Positions 9,802 through 18,963 of a DNA stretch of 35,124 nt are shown here, one piece after another. The notes beneath the pieces are model-generated. The model was not told where the DNA came from, made no database searches, and saw only the letters and a program-made list of their open reading frames with translations. Location: the sequence record SRR31147125_1435; one strand, 5' to 3'. Numbering within the stretch: the first letter of the stretch is position 1; every line of letters begins with the position of its first letter. The translations under genes and the position numbers were made by a program.

Positions 9802-9814
9802 ATTGTCAGACAAT
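9802..9814. promoter_or_regulatory. Putative FadR/GntR operator, copy 3 (upstream of the TBDR module)
   Basis: ATTGTCAGACAAT, part of a 23-bp exact direct repeat of 8906-8928 (here 9801-9823). Preceded by -10-like TAGAAT (9798-9803); no clear -35. Confidence 0.72.
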
Positions 9815-10250
9815 AAAATAATAGAATAATAAAATAATAAAATCGCCACTGACAGTTGAACTTCTTACTAAAATATTACTGCAATAGGTTAAATTAAAAT
9901 ATTATAATATAAACCATATCCTCCTACTTATCTTGCTTTGTTCATGGTACACGCTACAGATTTTTTGTCTAATGAGGTTGAACCATTTAAAGTTGTTGAG
10001 AGCTCTGTTTTTAAAATAGAACTAACAATGAAAAAAAAGCAAAGATGTTAGCTACCACGATAACAGTCGTTCCCACTTTTTCACACTGAGAAATATTGAT
10101 ATTTTTAAGATTTATTTTAAGACCTGAGCTTTAATACTATTCATATTTTCTGCAAATTAGTGATAAACAAATTAGCTTCATGATATTAATTCGCTTCATT
10201 ACATGATGTGGTTTTATGCTACTTTATGCACTAATAGTTGTATTACCTCC

Positions 10251-10305
10251 TCTATCCAAAGTCCCTCTTCTCTTTCATCAGAAAGGAGGAGGGGCTGGGG
10301 ATAGA
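10251..10305. repeat. GC-rich imperfect inverted repeat (REP-like hairpin) in the TBDR leader
   Basis: TCTATCCAAAGTCCCTCTTCTCTTTC-ATCA-GAAAGGAGGAGGGGCTGGGGATAGA, a ~25-bp stem with mismatches and GU pairs in otherwise AT-rich DNA. Confidence 0.6.
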
Positions 10306-10443
10306 ATAAATTGTTAAAAGTTCTAATCATTAATAAAAATTGCTTCTGGTTTATTTTGTCAAATTCTAACTAGTTGATAAATAGCTAAATAAGTCAGGAG
10401 AGCTGTAGAATTAAGAAGTATTAATTAACAGAGGAGGTGCGTT

Positions 10444-13400
10444 ATGAAGAGTCGTTCTTTGCTTGTTCCCCTTATTATTATTTTTATTGCTTCTTTTTCA
10501 TTTGGGGCAACAACAGGAAAGATCGCAGGAGTTGTAAAAGATGCCAGTACAGGTGAGCTTTTACCCGGTGCGAATGTTACTATTACGGATACACAGTTGG
10601 GTGGAGCTACAGATATTGATGGTAATTATTTTATCATTAATATTCCTCCCGGAGTGTATAAAGTTACAACAACAATGATGGGTTATAAAAAACTCACAGT
10701 GGAAGATGTCAGAGTGAGAATTGATCAGACCACTCCCCTGGATGTAGAACTGGATCAGGAAGTCATTTCTGGTGAAGAAGTAACAGTGGTGGCAAAAAAG
10801 CCTGTTGTGGACAAGTATGTAACATCTACCAAAAGCGTCATTAACTCGAATGAAATTCAGAATAGCTATGTGACCAATGTAGAACAAGTGTTGGATATGC
10901 AGCAGGGAGTTAATTACAATGGTGGTATTCGCGGTGGCTTTGGAAACGAGGTTGCTTATTATGTTGATGGTTTGGAGATTCGCGATACAGGTAGTAATTC
11001 CAATTACTCTGTTATACCAACATCGGCCATTGAGGAAATGCAGGTTATGACAGGTGGATATAACGCGGAATATGGTCAGGCCATGGGTGGTATTGTCAAT
11101 ATTGTTACAAAAACAGCAACAGATCAGATCCATGGTTCTGCCGAGTTTCGTTATCGTCCTTCAGGAATTTATCATTGGGGCGATCATATTTACGGTGATA
11201 ATCTTTACGAGTATTCCATCATGAGTAATCCTGACTACTGGGAAGGTATTAATCCCGGGCCTGCTTTTAATGATTTGAGCAATGATGAAAAAGCTCGTAT
11301 ATGGGTTGATGAAACCATGAATGCACCCTGGGTTCAGTCCATGAAGGATTATGATAAAAGATCGGATTATGAAGTGGAAGCAACCCTGTATGGGCCGATC
11401 AGGGACAAATTATCATTTATGGTAAGTGGACTATATAAACGAGGAGCGTCTATTTTACCATCGTTGTTCAAGTATAATCCGGAATGGCATGGAGAGGCCA
11501 ATTTACAGTATGAACTGACATCCAATACCAAGATTTCATTTAAAGGAATGTATGGCGGTTTTAACAATTCCGGTTTTCAAAAAACCAACTATGCTTCTAC
11601 CGAGGATGTCGGGGCGGCAACCACACAACCCAGTACGTATGTTTCCAGTGCATTCTCAAAGAATAAATACTATCTTTTAGGTTCCTGGGGACTCGGCACA
11701 ATGACACCTCCTGAATATGTGCGTATGAAGTCAGGATCATTAAAGGGGACGCATACTTTTTCACCCAGTAGTTTTCTGGAAGTAAAGTATGACTATTTTG
11801 AGTTTGAACGGGATGGCACCTGGAGAAAAGATGATCTGACAGAGCAATATGGGCTGGATCCTCTCGCGATTATTAATGGTGGAACCTATACCGATGAAAA
11901 TGGTGTCTTGCATCGGGCTCCGGATAATTATCCGGAATATATGCAGTTTAATCCCGGTGGAATGCCATGGTATGACAACTGGACTTTTCAATCCTATCCA
12001 CAAATTGTAGACTATGCAAAGACTCGACGACACACCTTGTCGACTGATTTTACCAGTCAGATTAGCAGTGTTCAACAAATCAAAGTTGGAGGAAAGTTCA
12101 ACTATTTTTATACAGACCGCAAGGTTGCCCAGGGACCGCATTATGTTACTTTTACCAATACATGGCAACCCACAGACGCAAATCCGTGGGAGGTCTCCGG
12201 GTATATTCAGGATCGGATTGAAACAGGTGGAATGATTATCAATCTGGGTTTGCGTTTGGATATGTATAATGCCAACATGGTGGTTTCGGATGATATTTAT
12301 GATCCGGCTGGCATAGATTCGGAAACACCCGGAAACGAGTTTCAAAATGTCATCTCTCGTGGAGATCCCTGGAATTGGGAACGGATGCAGGAAGGTGATC
12401 CCTATTCAACAACCACACCGACACAGGTTGCGATTTCTCCAAGAGTGGGTGTTTCTCATCCCATTACAGATAATACGGTTTTGCATTTTATGTATGGTCA
12501 TTTTTGCCAGCGACCGGCATGGACCAAGATCACACCCAATGCAATATATGTCATAGGAAATAATCATTATAGTTATGGTTTTCCTTATGATAATTACCCC
12601 TTTGGTGAAAATTATCTGGATGGATCGGGGACTTATCCAAATAATCGTGGTTACTATTGGAACGGAAGCGGTGCGGGAAATCCCTGGCTGGAATATGAAA
12701 AATTTATTCAATATGAAGTGGGATTTGAACAAAATATCCTGGATAAATTACGCCTTGATGTGACCATGTATTATAAAGATGGTAAAAACCTGACATCTGG
12801 CGGCATCCGGACAGAAGAATCTGCTATTGATAATTACGGTACATACACGACCTCGAGAGTTCGCCTGATAGCTGACCGCGATCTTGGTCCGGCACAGGGG
12901 GCAGGAAAAACAGGTAGCTTTGTTGTACCACAAAACAATGTCTGGCAGGATGTGCGTGGACTCGAGTTTACCCTGCAATCGCAACTTCAAAAGTATTTCA
13001 ATGCCCGTCTTGATTACAATCTTTCCTTCTCACAGACAGGACTCTATGGTGTTAGTAATGCCTATCGACCGGGTGAGGATGGAACGCAATATGCGTATAA
13101 TACCCGCTTTGGTGCTAATAACAAAGATTATGGAAATAGTTCCAACAATAATGAAAATTGGAATCCGAATAACAGTGTTAAATTGACATGTACACTCTTT
13201 ACTCCACATGAGTTTGGACCTGTCCTGGGAAAATTTCATCCATTGGGAAACTTTAATGTGAACTTTCATTATACCTGGGCACAGGGAAGGCGTTATACCT
13301 ACCATTCGCAGGAAGAAGGCGATTTTTCAACGGAACCCAATAACCGACGCTGGGAAGGCTATCACAATAGCAATTTAGCTATCTCCAGAAGGCTACAGTT

Positions 13401-13626
13401 AACAAAAGGAATTAATGCCATTTTTTCAATAAATGTCACTAATTTATTCAACCAAAAACAATTGAGATTACCTTCAAATCTGACCAATTGGCATGAGCAA
13501 GGTATTCACAGTCCGGTAACCATTGGAAGTGGTGATTATCAGGAAATCAGAGAAGATGAATGGAGAATGTACAATTTTAGTCAATTGCCTAGAATGATTT
13601 ACTACAATTTGGGAATAGAGTTTTAA
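10444..13626 (+). CDS. TonB-dependent receptor with N-terminal carboxypeptidase-regulatory-like domain
   Basis: GGAGGT RBS; signal peptide. N-domain TGKIAGVVKDASTGELLPGANV...NIPPGVY. Plug motifs IRGG...YYVDG and AIEEMQVMTGGYNAEYGQAMGGIVNIVTK. Barrel motifs NLGLRLD, SPRVGVSHPIT and NLFN; terminal Phe. Confidence 0.93.
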   Translation: MKSRSLLVPLIIIFIASFSFGATTGKIAGVVKDASTGELLPGANVTITDTQLGGATDIDGNYFIINIPPGVYKVTTTMMGYKKLTVEDVRVRIDQTTPLDVELDQEVISGEEVTVVAKKPVVDKYVTSTKSVINSNEIQNSYVTNVEQVLDMQQGVNYNGGIRGGFGNEVAYYVDGLEIRDTGSNSNYSVIPTSAIEEMQVMTGGYNAEYGQAMGGIVNIVTKTATDQIHGSAEFRYRPSGIYHWGDHIYGDNLYEYSIMSNPDYWEGINPGPAFNDLSNDEKARIWVDETMNAPWVQSMKDYDKRSDYEVEATLYGPIRDKLSFMVSGLYKRGASILPSLFKYNPEWHGEANLQYELTSNTKISFKGMYGGFNNSGFQKTNYASTEDVGAATTQPSTYVSSAFSKNKYYLLGSWGLGTMTPPEYVRMKSGSLKGTHTFSPSSFLEVKYDYFEFERDGTWRKDDLTEQYGLDPLAIINGGTYTDENGVLHRAPDNYPEYMQFNPGGMPWYDNWTFQSYPQIVDYAKTRRHTLSTDFTSQISSVQQIKVGGKFNYFYTDRKVAQGPHYVTFTNTWQPTDANPWEVSGYIQDRIETGGMIINLGLRLDMYNANMVVSDDIYDPAGIDSETPGNEFQNVISRGDPWNWERMQEGDPYSTTTPTQVAISPRVGVSHPITDNTVLHFMYGHFCQRPAWTKITPNAIYVIGNNHYSYGFPYDNYPFGENYLDGSGTYPNNRGYYWNGSGAGNPWLEYEKFIQYEVGFEQNILDKLRLDVTMYYKDGKNLTSGGIRTEESAIDNYGTYTTSRVRLIADRDLGPAQGAGKTGSFVVPQNNVWQDVRGLEFTLQSQLQKYFNARLDYNLSFSQTGLYGVSNAYRPGEDGTQYAYNTRFGANNKDYGNSSNNNENWNPNNSVKLTCTLFTPHEFGPVLGKFHPLGNFNVNFHYTWAQGRRYTYHSQEEGDFSTEPNNRRWEGYHNSNLAISRRLQLTKGINAIFSINVTNLFNQKQLRLPSNLTNWHEQGIHSPVTIGSGDYQEIREDEWRMYNFSQLPRMIYYNLGIEF

Positions 13627-13686
13627 ATTCTGAACCTTGTAAATCAGACAACCTTCAGAATGACATTAAAGAAAGGAATTAATGCA

Positions 13687-15828
13687 ATGAACAATAAAGG
13701 ATATTTCCCACAAAAGGTACGCTATCTGTTATTCATGCCTTTTATGTTGATCCTGTTGTCCGTAGGTTTGGTACTTGCGGATGTTTCACCAAAAACGTAC
13801 GGTCTTTCTCGTGGAAAGTTGTGGTGGTCTGCAGTTTCGGGCGGGCTTATGACGGATCGATCACCATCTTTTGGTGTTGCAGGTGATGCATATCCGGGTA
13901 AATTTGGCGGTAGCTCCAGTTTTACCGGAGTAGGTGGAACCGCATTCAGCGTCGTCGGTGTTGTTGATAATCAGCCCTTTTCATGGGGACACATTGATAT
14001 GAACTATGAAACGGCGATTGATGTCCAGGATCAGGGAATGAGAACGAATTACAATTTTGAGATATATGGCACTAATGTCGCGGAAGAAGAAATCTGGTGT
14101 ATTGGTACATTGACTGGAGATTCTCCACCAATACCCGTTAAAATCACATTAAAAGTCCGAAGCCGTGCGTGGGGTTTGCCCAAATATGATGATTTTATTA
14201 TCACCGAAATCACCTTGATCAATGCGGATACGAGACCGATTTATAATTTCTATGCAATTGATGGAAAACGGACCATGACCCCGGTTGGATCTACCAGTAA
14301 GCTCGATGATGAATACATCTGGGACTCCAATAGAGAGGTTTTTGTTTTTTATGATGCTGAAACGATTTCCGAGGCGACCGGCCAGGCCATTAATTATACG
14401 ATTGCTCCCGGAGATGTAACTGGAGATGTTGGTGATCCCGGAAATATTAGTACGGCGGGTAGTATTAACTATCAATTGTATGCGTCGGCAGTATGTGCTA
14501 TTGGATATCCCAGAGTAACACCACTGGTTGATGTTCAAACAGCCATTATGGGTAATGGTGGTAACATATTTGGGGAAGGTAATTTACCTGTGAGCCAAAC
14601 TGAGACTATAGAGGCATATCCGGGTAATACTGGCCAATTACAGGCCTGGAGTAATTGCGGCTGGCTTAATCAACCCAATGCTGCAGACCCGATGGCTCCG
14701 ATTCCTCAGTTGTTTAAATATCCAAATCCTAATATGAGCTGGAGAGAGGCAAAAAATGCCAATGAACCTAATGCAGGTAATTTATACGAAAGAGGCACAC
14801 CCCAAATGATTTTTGGTATTGGTCCTTTGACACTTCAACCCGGCGATTCATTGTCGTTGACTCGAATTGTCTGTGCCGGAGATATGGATCCAAATATTTC
14901 TATGCGTGGTGGATTGGAAGCAACGAAAATGCTGGATCTCGATTATGCTTCTGCAGATGAGGGTGCCACCAATGAGCATGTTTCTATTAAAAATTTAAGG
15001 ACAAACTGGGATGCGGCTTTAGAATTAATAAATAATAATTACGCTGTTTTGGATAATGTACCACCACCGACCTGTGGTGCTCCGCCAAAAGTTACCTACA
15101 ATCAAGAGTATTATGAAAATACTGGCAATCCTCTGGAGGTAGAACAATTTTTGGGAGAGATGACAGGTGATTTAGTGGGTGCTGAATCCGCGATACAGCT
15201 GACCTGGGATGCAGTTCATGTGAATTATACGGATCCGATCACGGGTACAGATGATTTCAGTGGATACTATATTTATCAATCTGATATCAGTTTTAAGGGA
15301 CCATGGACGAAAATAGCAACGGTGAGCAAAGGTGAAGCTCAGAATGCCGTCTCCGGAGATCGAATTACTATGGCCTTTCCTGTAAAAGCGGGTGTTCCCT
15401 ATCGTTATGCTGTTACGTCGTTTGATACGGATGGAAATGAGAGTGCGTTGACCTGCTATAACTATGAGGCTTATACAACAAAAAGAAGTGCAAGCAACGA
15501 TTTCAGTCAAGTTCGAATCATGCCTAATCCATTCAAACAACGTAGTGGATTCCTGGACACAGGTGAATATAAAAGGCTGACATTTGTTAATATTCCCTCC
15601 AAATGTACTATTAAAATTTATAATCTGGCTGGTGAATTAATGAAATCCTTAAATCATGATGATGGTACCGGTGAAGAGGCCTGGGGATCAAACCTTGGGA
15701 CCGGAGATTATATGTTGACGGAGTATTTTAGCAATGTAATGCCGGGTCTTTATATTTATCATGTTGAATCCCATGTGTCTGGCCATGAGGGTGAAACCGC
15801 AGTTGGAAAGTTTGTAATTATTAAATAA
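13687..15828 (+). CDS. Secreted protein of unknown function with an FN3-like domain and a T9SS type-A-like C-terminal sorting domain
   Basis: AAAGGA RBS before ATG 13687; SPI signal ending VLA-D, no lipobox Cys. FN3-like IQLTWD...FSGYYIYQS...YRYAVTSFD. CTD-like MPNPF...IKIYNLAGELMKSL...PGLYIY...GKFVIIK. Confidence 0.75.
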   Translation: MNNKGYFPQKVRYLLFMPFMLILLSVGLVLADVSPKTYGLSRGKLWWSAVSGGLMTDRSPSFGVAGDAYPGKFGGSSSFTGVGGTAFSVVGVVDNQPFSWGHIDMNYETAIDVQDQGMRTNYNFEIYGTNVAEEEIWCIGTLTGDSPPIPVKITLKVRSRAWGLPKYDDFIITEITLINADTRPIYNFYAIDGKRTMTPVGSTSKLDDEYIWDSNREVFVFYDAETISEATGQAINYTIAPGDVTGDVGDPGNISTAGSINYQLYASAVCAIGYPRVTPLVDVQTAIMGNGGNIFGEGNLPVSQTETIEAYPGNTGQLQAWSNCGWLNQPNAADPMAPIPQLFKYPNPNMSWREAKNANEPNAGNLYERGTPQMIFGIGPLTLQPGDSLSLTRIVCAGDMDPNISMRGGLEATKMLDLDYASADEGATNEHVSIKNLRTNWDAALELINNNYAVLDNVPPPTCGAPPKVTYNQEYYENTGNPLEVEQFLGEMTGDLVGAESAIQLTWDAVHVNYTDPITGTDDFSGYYIYQSDISFKGPWTKIATVSKGEAQNAVSGDRITMAFPVKAGVPYRYAVTSFDTDGNESALTCYNYEAYTTKRSASNDFSQVRIMPNPFKQRSGFLDTGEYKRLTFVNIPSKCTIKIYNLAGELMKSLNHDDGTGEEAWGSNLGTGDYMLTEYFSNVMPGLYIYHVESHVSGHEGETAVGKFVIIK

Positions 15829-15867
15829 GTAACGATCTCATTTAGCCAATATGTTCGGAGGTGACAA

Positions 15868-16932
15868 ATGAATATAAAACTATACATGGTGTTCGTCATT
15901 CTGTGCCTTTTCCCAGCTTGCCTTGTTTTAGGTCAAGATGAGCTGCCTGTTGAAATTGGTGCTGGAGTGGAACCAATGGAATTTGAAAAAGTTGGCACAA
16001 CAGGCTGGCAGTTTCTGAAACTTTATACAAATGCCAGGAGTGCCGCCATGGCAGGTATTTCAACAGCAATTAGTCATGGTGATGCTACAACCGTTTTAGC
16101 AAATCCAGCCTCTATTGCCGACATCAATAACATGGATGCTTCTGTAACTAAAATGGAATGGATTGCAGATATTGCTTATAACTCAGCCAGCGTAGTGAAA
16201 AACATGGGCAAGTGGGGTGTATTTGGACTGAGCTTCATTACCTTAGACTATGGTACCATGTATCGAACAAGTATAAATGCCAATACAACAGCCAGTGGCG
16301 TTCCCGATGGAACCTATGATCTGAGTATGGATGAGGGAACCTTCAGTGGAGGCGATCTTGCTATTGGTCTGTCTTATGCAAGACAGGTAACAGACAGGCT
16401 TCAGGTTGGTGGTACAATTCGTTATATCAGTGAAACACTTGATGATGGCCAGGATATTGATTCCAATAATTGGAGCATAGATATTGGCACAGTATACTAT
16501 ACTGGTATAAAGTCATTACGACTTGCCATGCTTGGCAGGAATTTTGGTCCTGATGTTAATTTTACCGGTTATAACGAACAGGTCCAGGTTCCACCTGTAG
16601 ATGTGAAAATGCCGATGCAGTTTTTAATGGGTGTTGGCTATGATCTGATAGAAGCAAGTAATGAAAATCCGCACCTGTTAACCCTTGCAGCAGAATTTGT
16701 TCATCCAAATGATGGACCTGAAAAATTGAACTTTGGTACTGAATATACTTTTAATGGCATGTTCAGTTTGCGGGCTGGTTACAGGGCCAATTATGATGAA
16801 GAAGGTTTGACATTTGGTGCTGGTATTAATATTCATACCGGAGATTTTCGTGTCAAATTTAACTATGCATATGTGGATTTTGGTACTTTTGACTATGTAC
16901 ATCTTTATACTTTGAATGTTGGGTTGGATTAA
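15868..16932 (+). CDS. PorV/PorQ family (UPF0164/FadL-like) outer-membrane beta-barrel
   Basis: GGAGG RBS; signal peptide. Hatch motif KVGTTGWQFLKLYTNARSAAMAG...DATTVLANPASI. Amphipathic strands with DIGTVY, RNFGP, LRAGY and GLTFGAG. Confidence 0.85.
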   Translation: MNIKLYMVFVILCLFPACLVLGQDELPVEIGAGVEPMEFEKVGTTGWQFLKLYTNARSAAMAGISTAISHGDATTVLANPASIADINNMDASVTKMEWIADIAYNSASVVKNMGKWGVFGLSFITLDYGTMYRTSINANTTASGVPDGTYDLSMDEGTFSGGDLAIGLSYARQVTDRLQVGGTIRYISETLDDGQDIDSNNWSIDIGTVYYTGIKSLRLAMLGRNFGPDVNFTGYNEQVQVPPVDVKMPMQFLMGVGYDLIEASNENPHLLTLAAEFVHPNDGPEKLNFGTEYTFNGMFSLRAGYRANYDEEGLTFGAGINIHTGDFRVKFNYAYVDFGTFDYVHLYTLNVGLD

Positions 16933-16957
16933 CAGGAATACTTTTTACCTTTATTAA

Positions 16958-17003
16958 ACTAACAGGCCAATATTTAATAACGTTGGCCTGTTAGTAAATT
17001 TTT
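16958..17003 (+). terminator. Rho-independent terminator-like hairpin closing the TBDR module
   Basis: Perfect 13-bp stem ACTAACAGGCCAA (16958-16970) / TTGGCCTGTTAGT (16983-16995), followed by AAATTTTT. Confidence 0.75.
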
Positions 17004-17088
17004 GTAATTTATATCATATTGTGATATGTGTTGAAATAATAAAATATTAGAGGCAAAGTTTAATTAAAAGTTATTTTTGGAGGAAGGC

Positions 17089-18711
17089 ATGGGAAAAATC
17101 TTCAGGATCGTTTTATCATTAGCGCTTATTTTAGGAGCAGTACTCCCGGTTGCCGGTATGGAGGGTGAACCCAGTCCCATTATTCCTGTGCCAACGAAAA
17201 TGAATGTGCAGGAGGGTGTGTTTACTTTCGGGCCAGAGACAACGATATTTGTAGACGCTGATATACGCCATGTTGGAGAATACCTTTCCGAGTTGCTATC
17301 TACAGTCACAGGTTTTGAAATTGACATTTGGGAATTGACCAAATCTGACGAATACCAGAATGGCATTGTCCTGCACATCGATCCTACAAAAAAACACCTT
17401 GGAGCGGAAGGCTATGATTTGAAGGTGTTGAAGAACAGGGTATTAGTGGAAGCACTAACAGAAACGGGCGTATTTTACGGGATTCAAACACTGAGACAAC
17501 TTTTGCCAGTGGCTGTAGAGAGTGGGTACCAGACTATTGGTGTTGACTGGATCGTGCCGTGTGTTGAAATTGAAGACAAACCTCGCTACCAGTGGCGTGG
17601 CCTGATGTTGGATCCGGGGCACAACTTTCTTACAAAAGAGTTTACCAAGAAATACATTGATGTGATGGCTTATTATAAAATGAACAAGCTGCACCTGCAT
17701 TTGACCGATATGGGATGGGCCATCGAGATTAAAAAATATCCCGAACTGACAAATTTTGAAAAGTGGCCACCTCTTGCGCCACGTTGGCGACGTGCCTACG
17801 GGAAATGTACCCATGGTTTCTATAGCCAGGCTGACATCCAGGAGATTGTAGCCTATGCCACCGAGCGTCACATAACAATTATTCCCGAAATAGAGTTACC
17901 AGGCCATTCGAGTGCAGCATTGGCATGCTATCCGGAGTTGGGTTGCCCGAACTGGACAAGTAAAGTCGAAAAGCCGTACAGTTACTTTGACTATCAGAAC
18001 AATTATTGCGCCGGTAATGAAAAGTCATTTGAGTTTCTTGAGAATGTATTTTCGGAAGTCATTGAACTGTTTCCCTCAAAGATGATACATATCGGCGGTG
18101 ACGAACGCAAGAAGGGTCATTGGAGTCAGTGCCCGTTATGTCAGGCCCGGATGAAGGCCGAGGGATTAAAAAATGAGGATGAATTACAGAGTTACTTTGT
18201 CAAGCGTATGGAAAAATATTTGCTCAGTAAGGGGCGACGGGTTATTGGCTGGACTGAAATCGTTGAAGGTGGTCTGGCACCTGAAGCAACCGTGCAATCA
18301 TGGTTAAAACCGGATTTTGCCGTGATGGCTGCAAATGAGGGGCACGATGTCATCATGTCGACGAATACTCATTGCTATCTGAATCATCTCGATCTTGACA
18401 TACAAAAGTGCTATGCTTTTGAGCCAACACCAACCGAGTTGGCTCCTGATAAGACCAGGCATATCCTGGGAGTGGAGGCCTGTATTTGGGGATTTCCGCA
18501 GCATCGGCACGATGGTTTAATTTTTCCCCGTTTATGCGCATTGGCAGAGGTGGGATGGTCACCAGTAAAGACTCGAAACTGGAACAATTTTCGTCTCAGA
18601 CTCCAGAATCATAGTCTGCGCCTGGACCTCTTAGGCATTGAATACCACCGTGATCCGGCAGTTTGGGAGGGTAGTGACAAATCAGTCTGGGATCGAAAGC
18701 TACGACGTTAA
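17089..18711 (+). CDS. GH20 beta-N-acetylhexosaminidase-like protein with atypical substrate-binding residues
   Basis: GGAGG RBS; signal peptide; GH20b N-domain (GVFYGIQTLRQL). Motifs PRYQWRGLMLD, IPEIELPGH, catalytic HIGGDE and FPRLCALAEVGW. Confidence 0.92.
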   Translation: MGKIFRIVLSLALILGAVLPVAGMEGEPSPIIPVPTKMNVQEGVFTFGPETTIFVDADIRHVGEYLSELLSTVTGFEIDIWELTKSDEYQNGIVLHIDPTKKHLGAEGYDLKVLKNRVLVEALTETGVFYGIQTLRQLLPVAVESGYQTIGVDWIVPCVEIEDKPRYQWRGLMLDPGHNFLTKEFTKKYIDVMAYYKMNKLHLHLTDMGWAIEIKKYPELTNFEKWPPLAPRWRRAYGKCTHGFYSQADIQEIVAYATERHITIIPEIELPGHSSAALACYPELGCPNWTSKVEKPYSYFDYQNNYCAGNEKSFEFLENVFSEVIELFPSKMIHIGGDERKKGHWSQCPLCQARMKAEGLKNEDELQSYFVKRMEKYLLSKGRRVIGWTEIVEGGLAPEATVQSWLKPDFAVMAANEGHDVIMSTNTHCYLNHLDLDIQKCYAFEPTPTELAPDKTRHILGVEACIWGFPQHRHDGLIFPRLCALAEVGWSPVKTRNWNNFRLRLQNHSLRLDLLGIEYHRDPAVWEGSDKSVWDRKLRR

Positions 18712-18963
18712 AGAAAGCTCATGTGGCTTTTAAATATAAATGAAAGAAGTTTAAACTGGAAAAATTCCGGCATGATTGAAAAAGATGATCGATATTTATT
18801 AAATAAATAGTTGTATCTATGGGGCATTGGTAGTTTAATTGAGCAGTATTCATAAATCCACTTTTTAGATATTGTTCTTAATTAGATGTTAGTCTATCAA
18901 AAAGAGCTATATCTATTCCAGAATTATTTACTTCACAAACTACATCCTGGAAGGAGTCGTTCC

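Noticed and set aside
8906-9823. CRISPR array or att sites from the 23-bp repeat
   Set aside because: Only two copies 895 bp apart around a regulator gene, with no cas or integrase gene. The palindromic core fits an operator.
13640-13655. TCAGACAA partial operator between the TBDR and CTD genes
   Set aside because: Only the right half matches; the left arm (TTG) is absent.
13687-15828. Calling the gene after the TBDR susD
   Set aside because: No lipobox cysteine and no SusD/TPR motifs; it has an FN3-like domain and a CTD-like tail instead.
4779-17027. ATATCA-Nn-TGATAT inverted repeats (~4779 and 17011)
   Set aside because: Different spacers (3 versus 5 nt) and AT-rich; consistent with chance.
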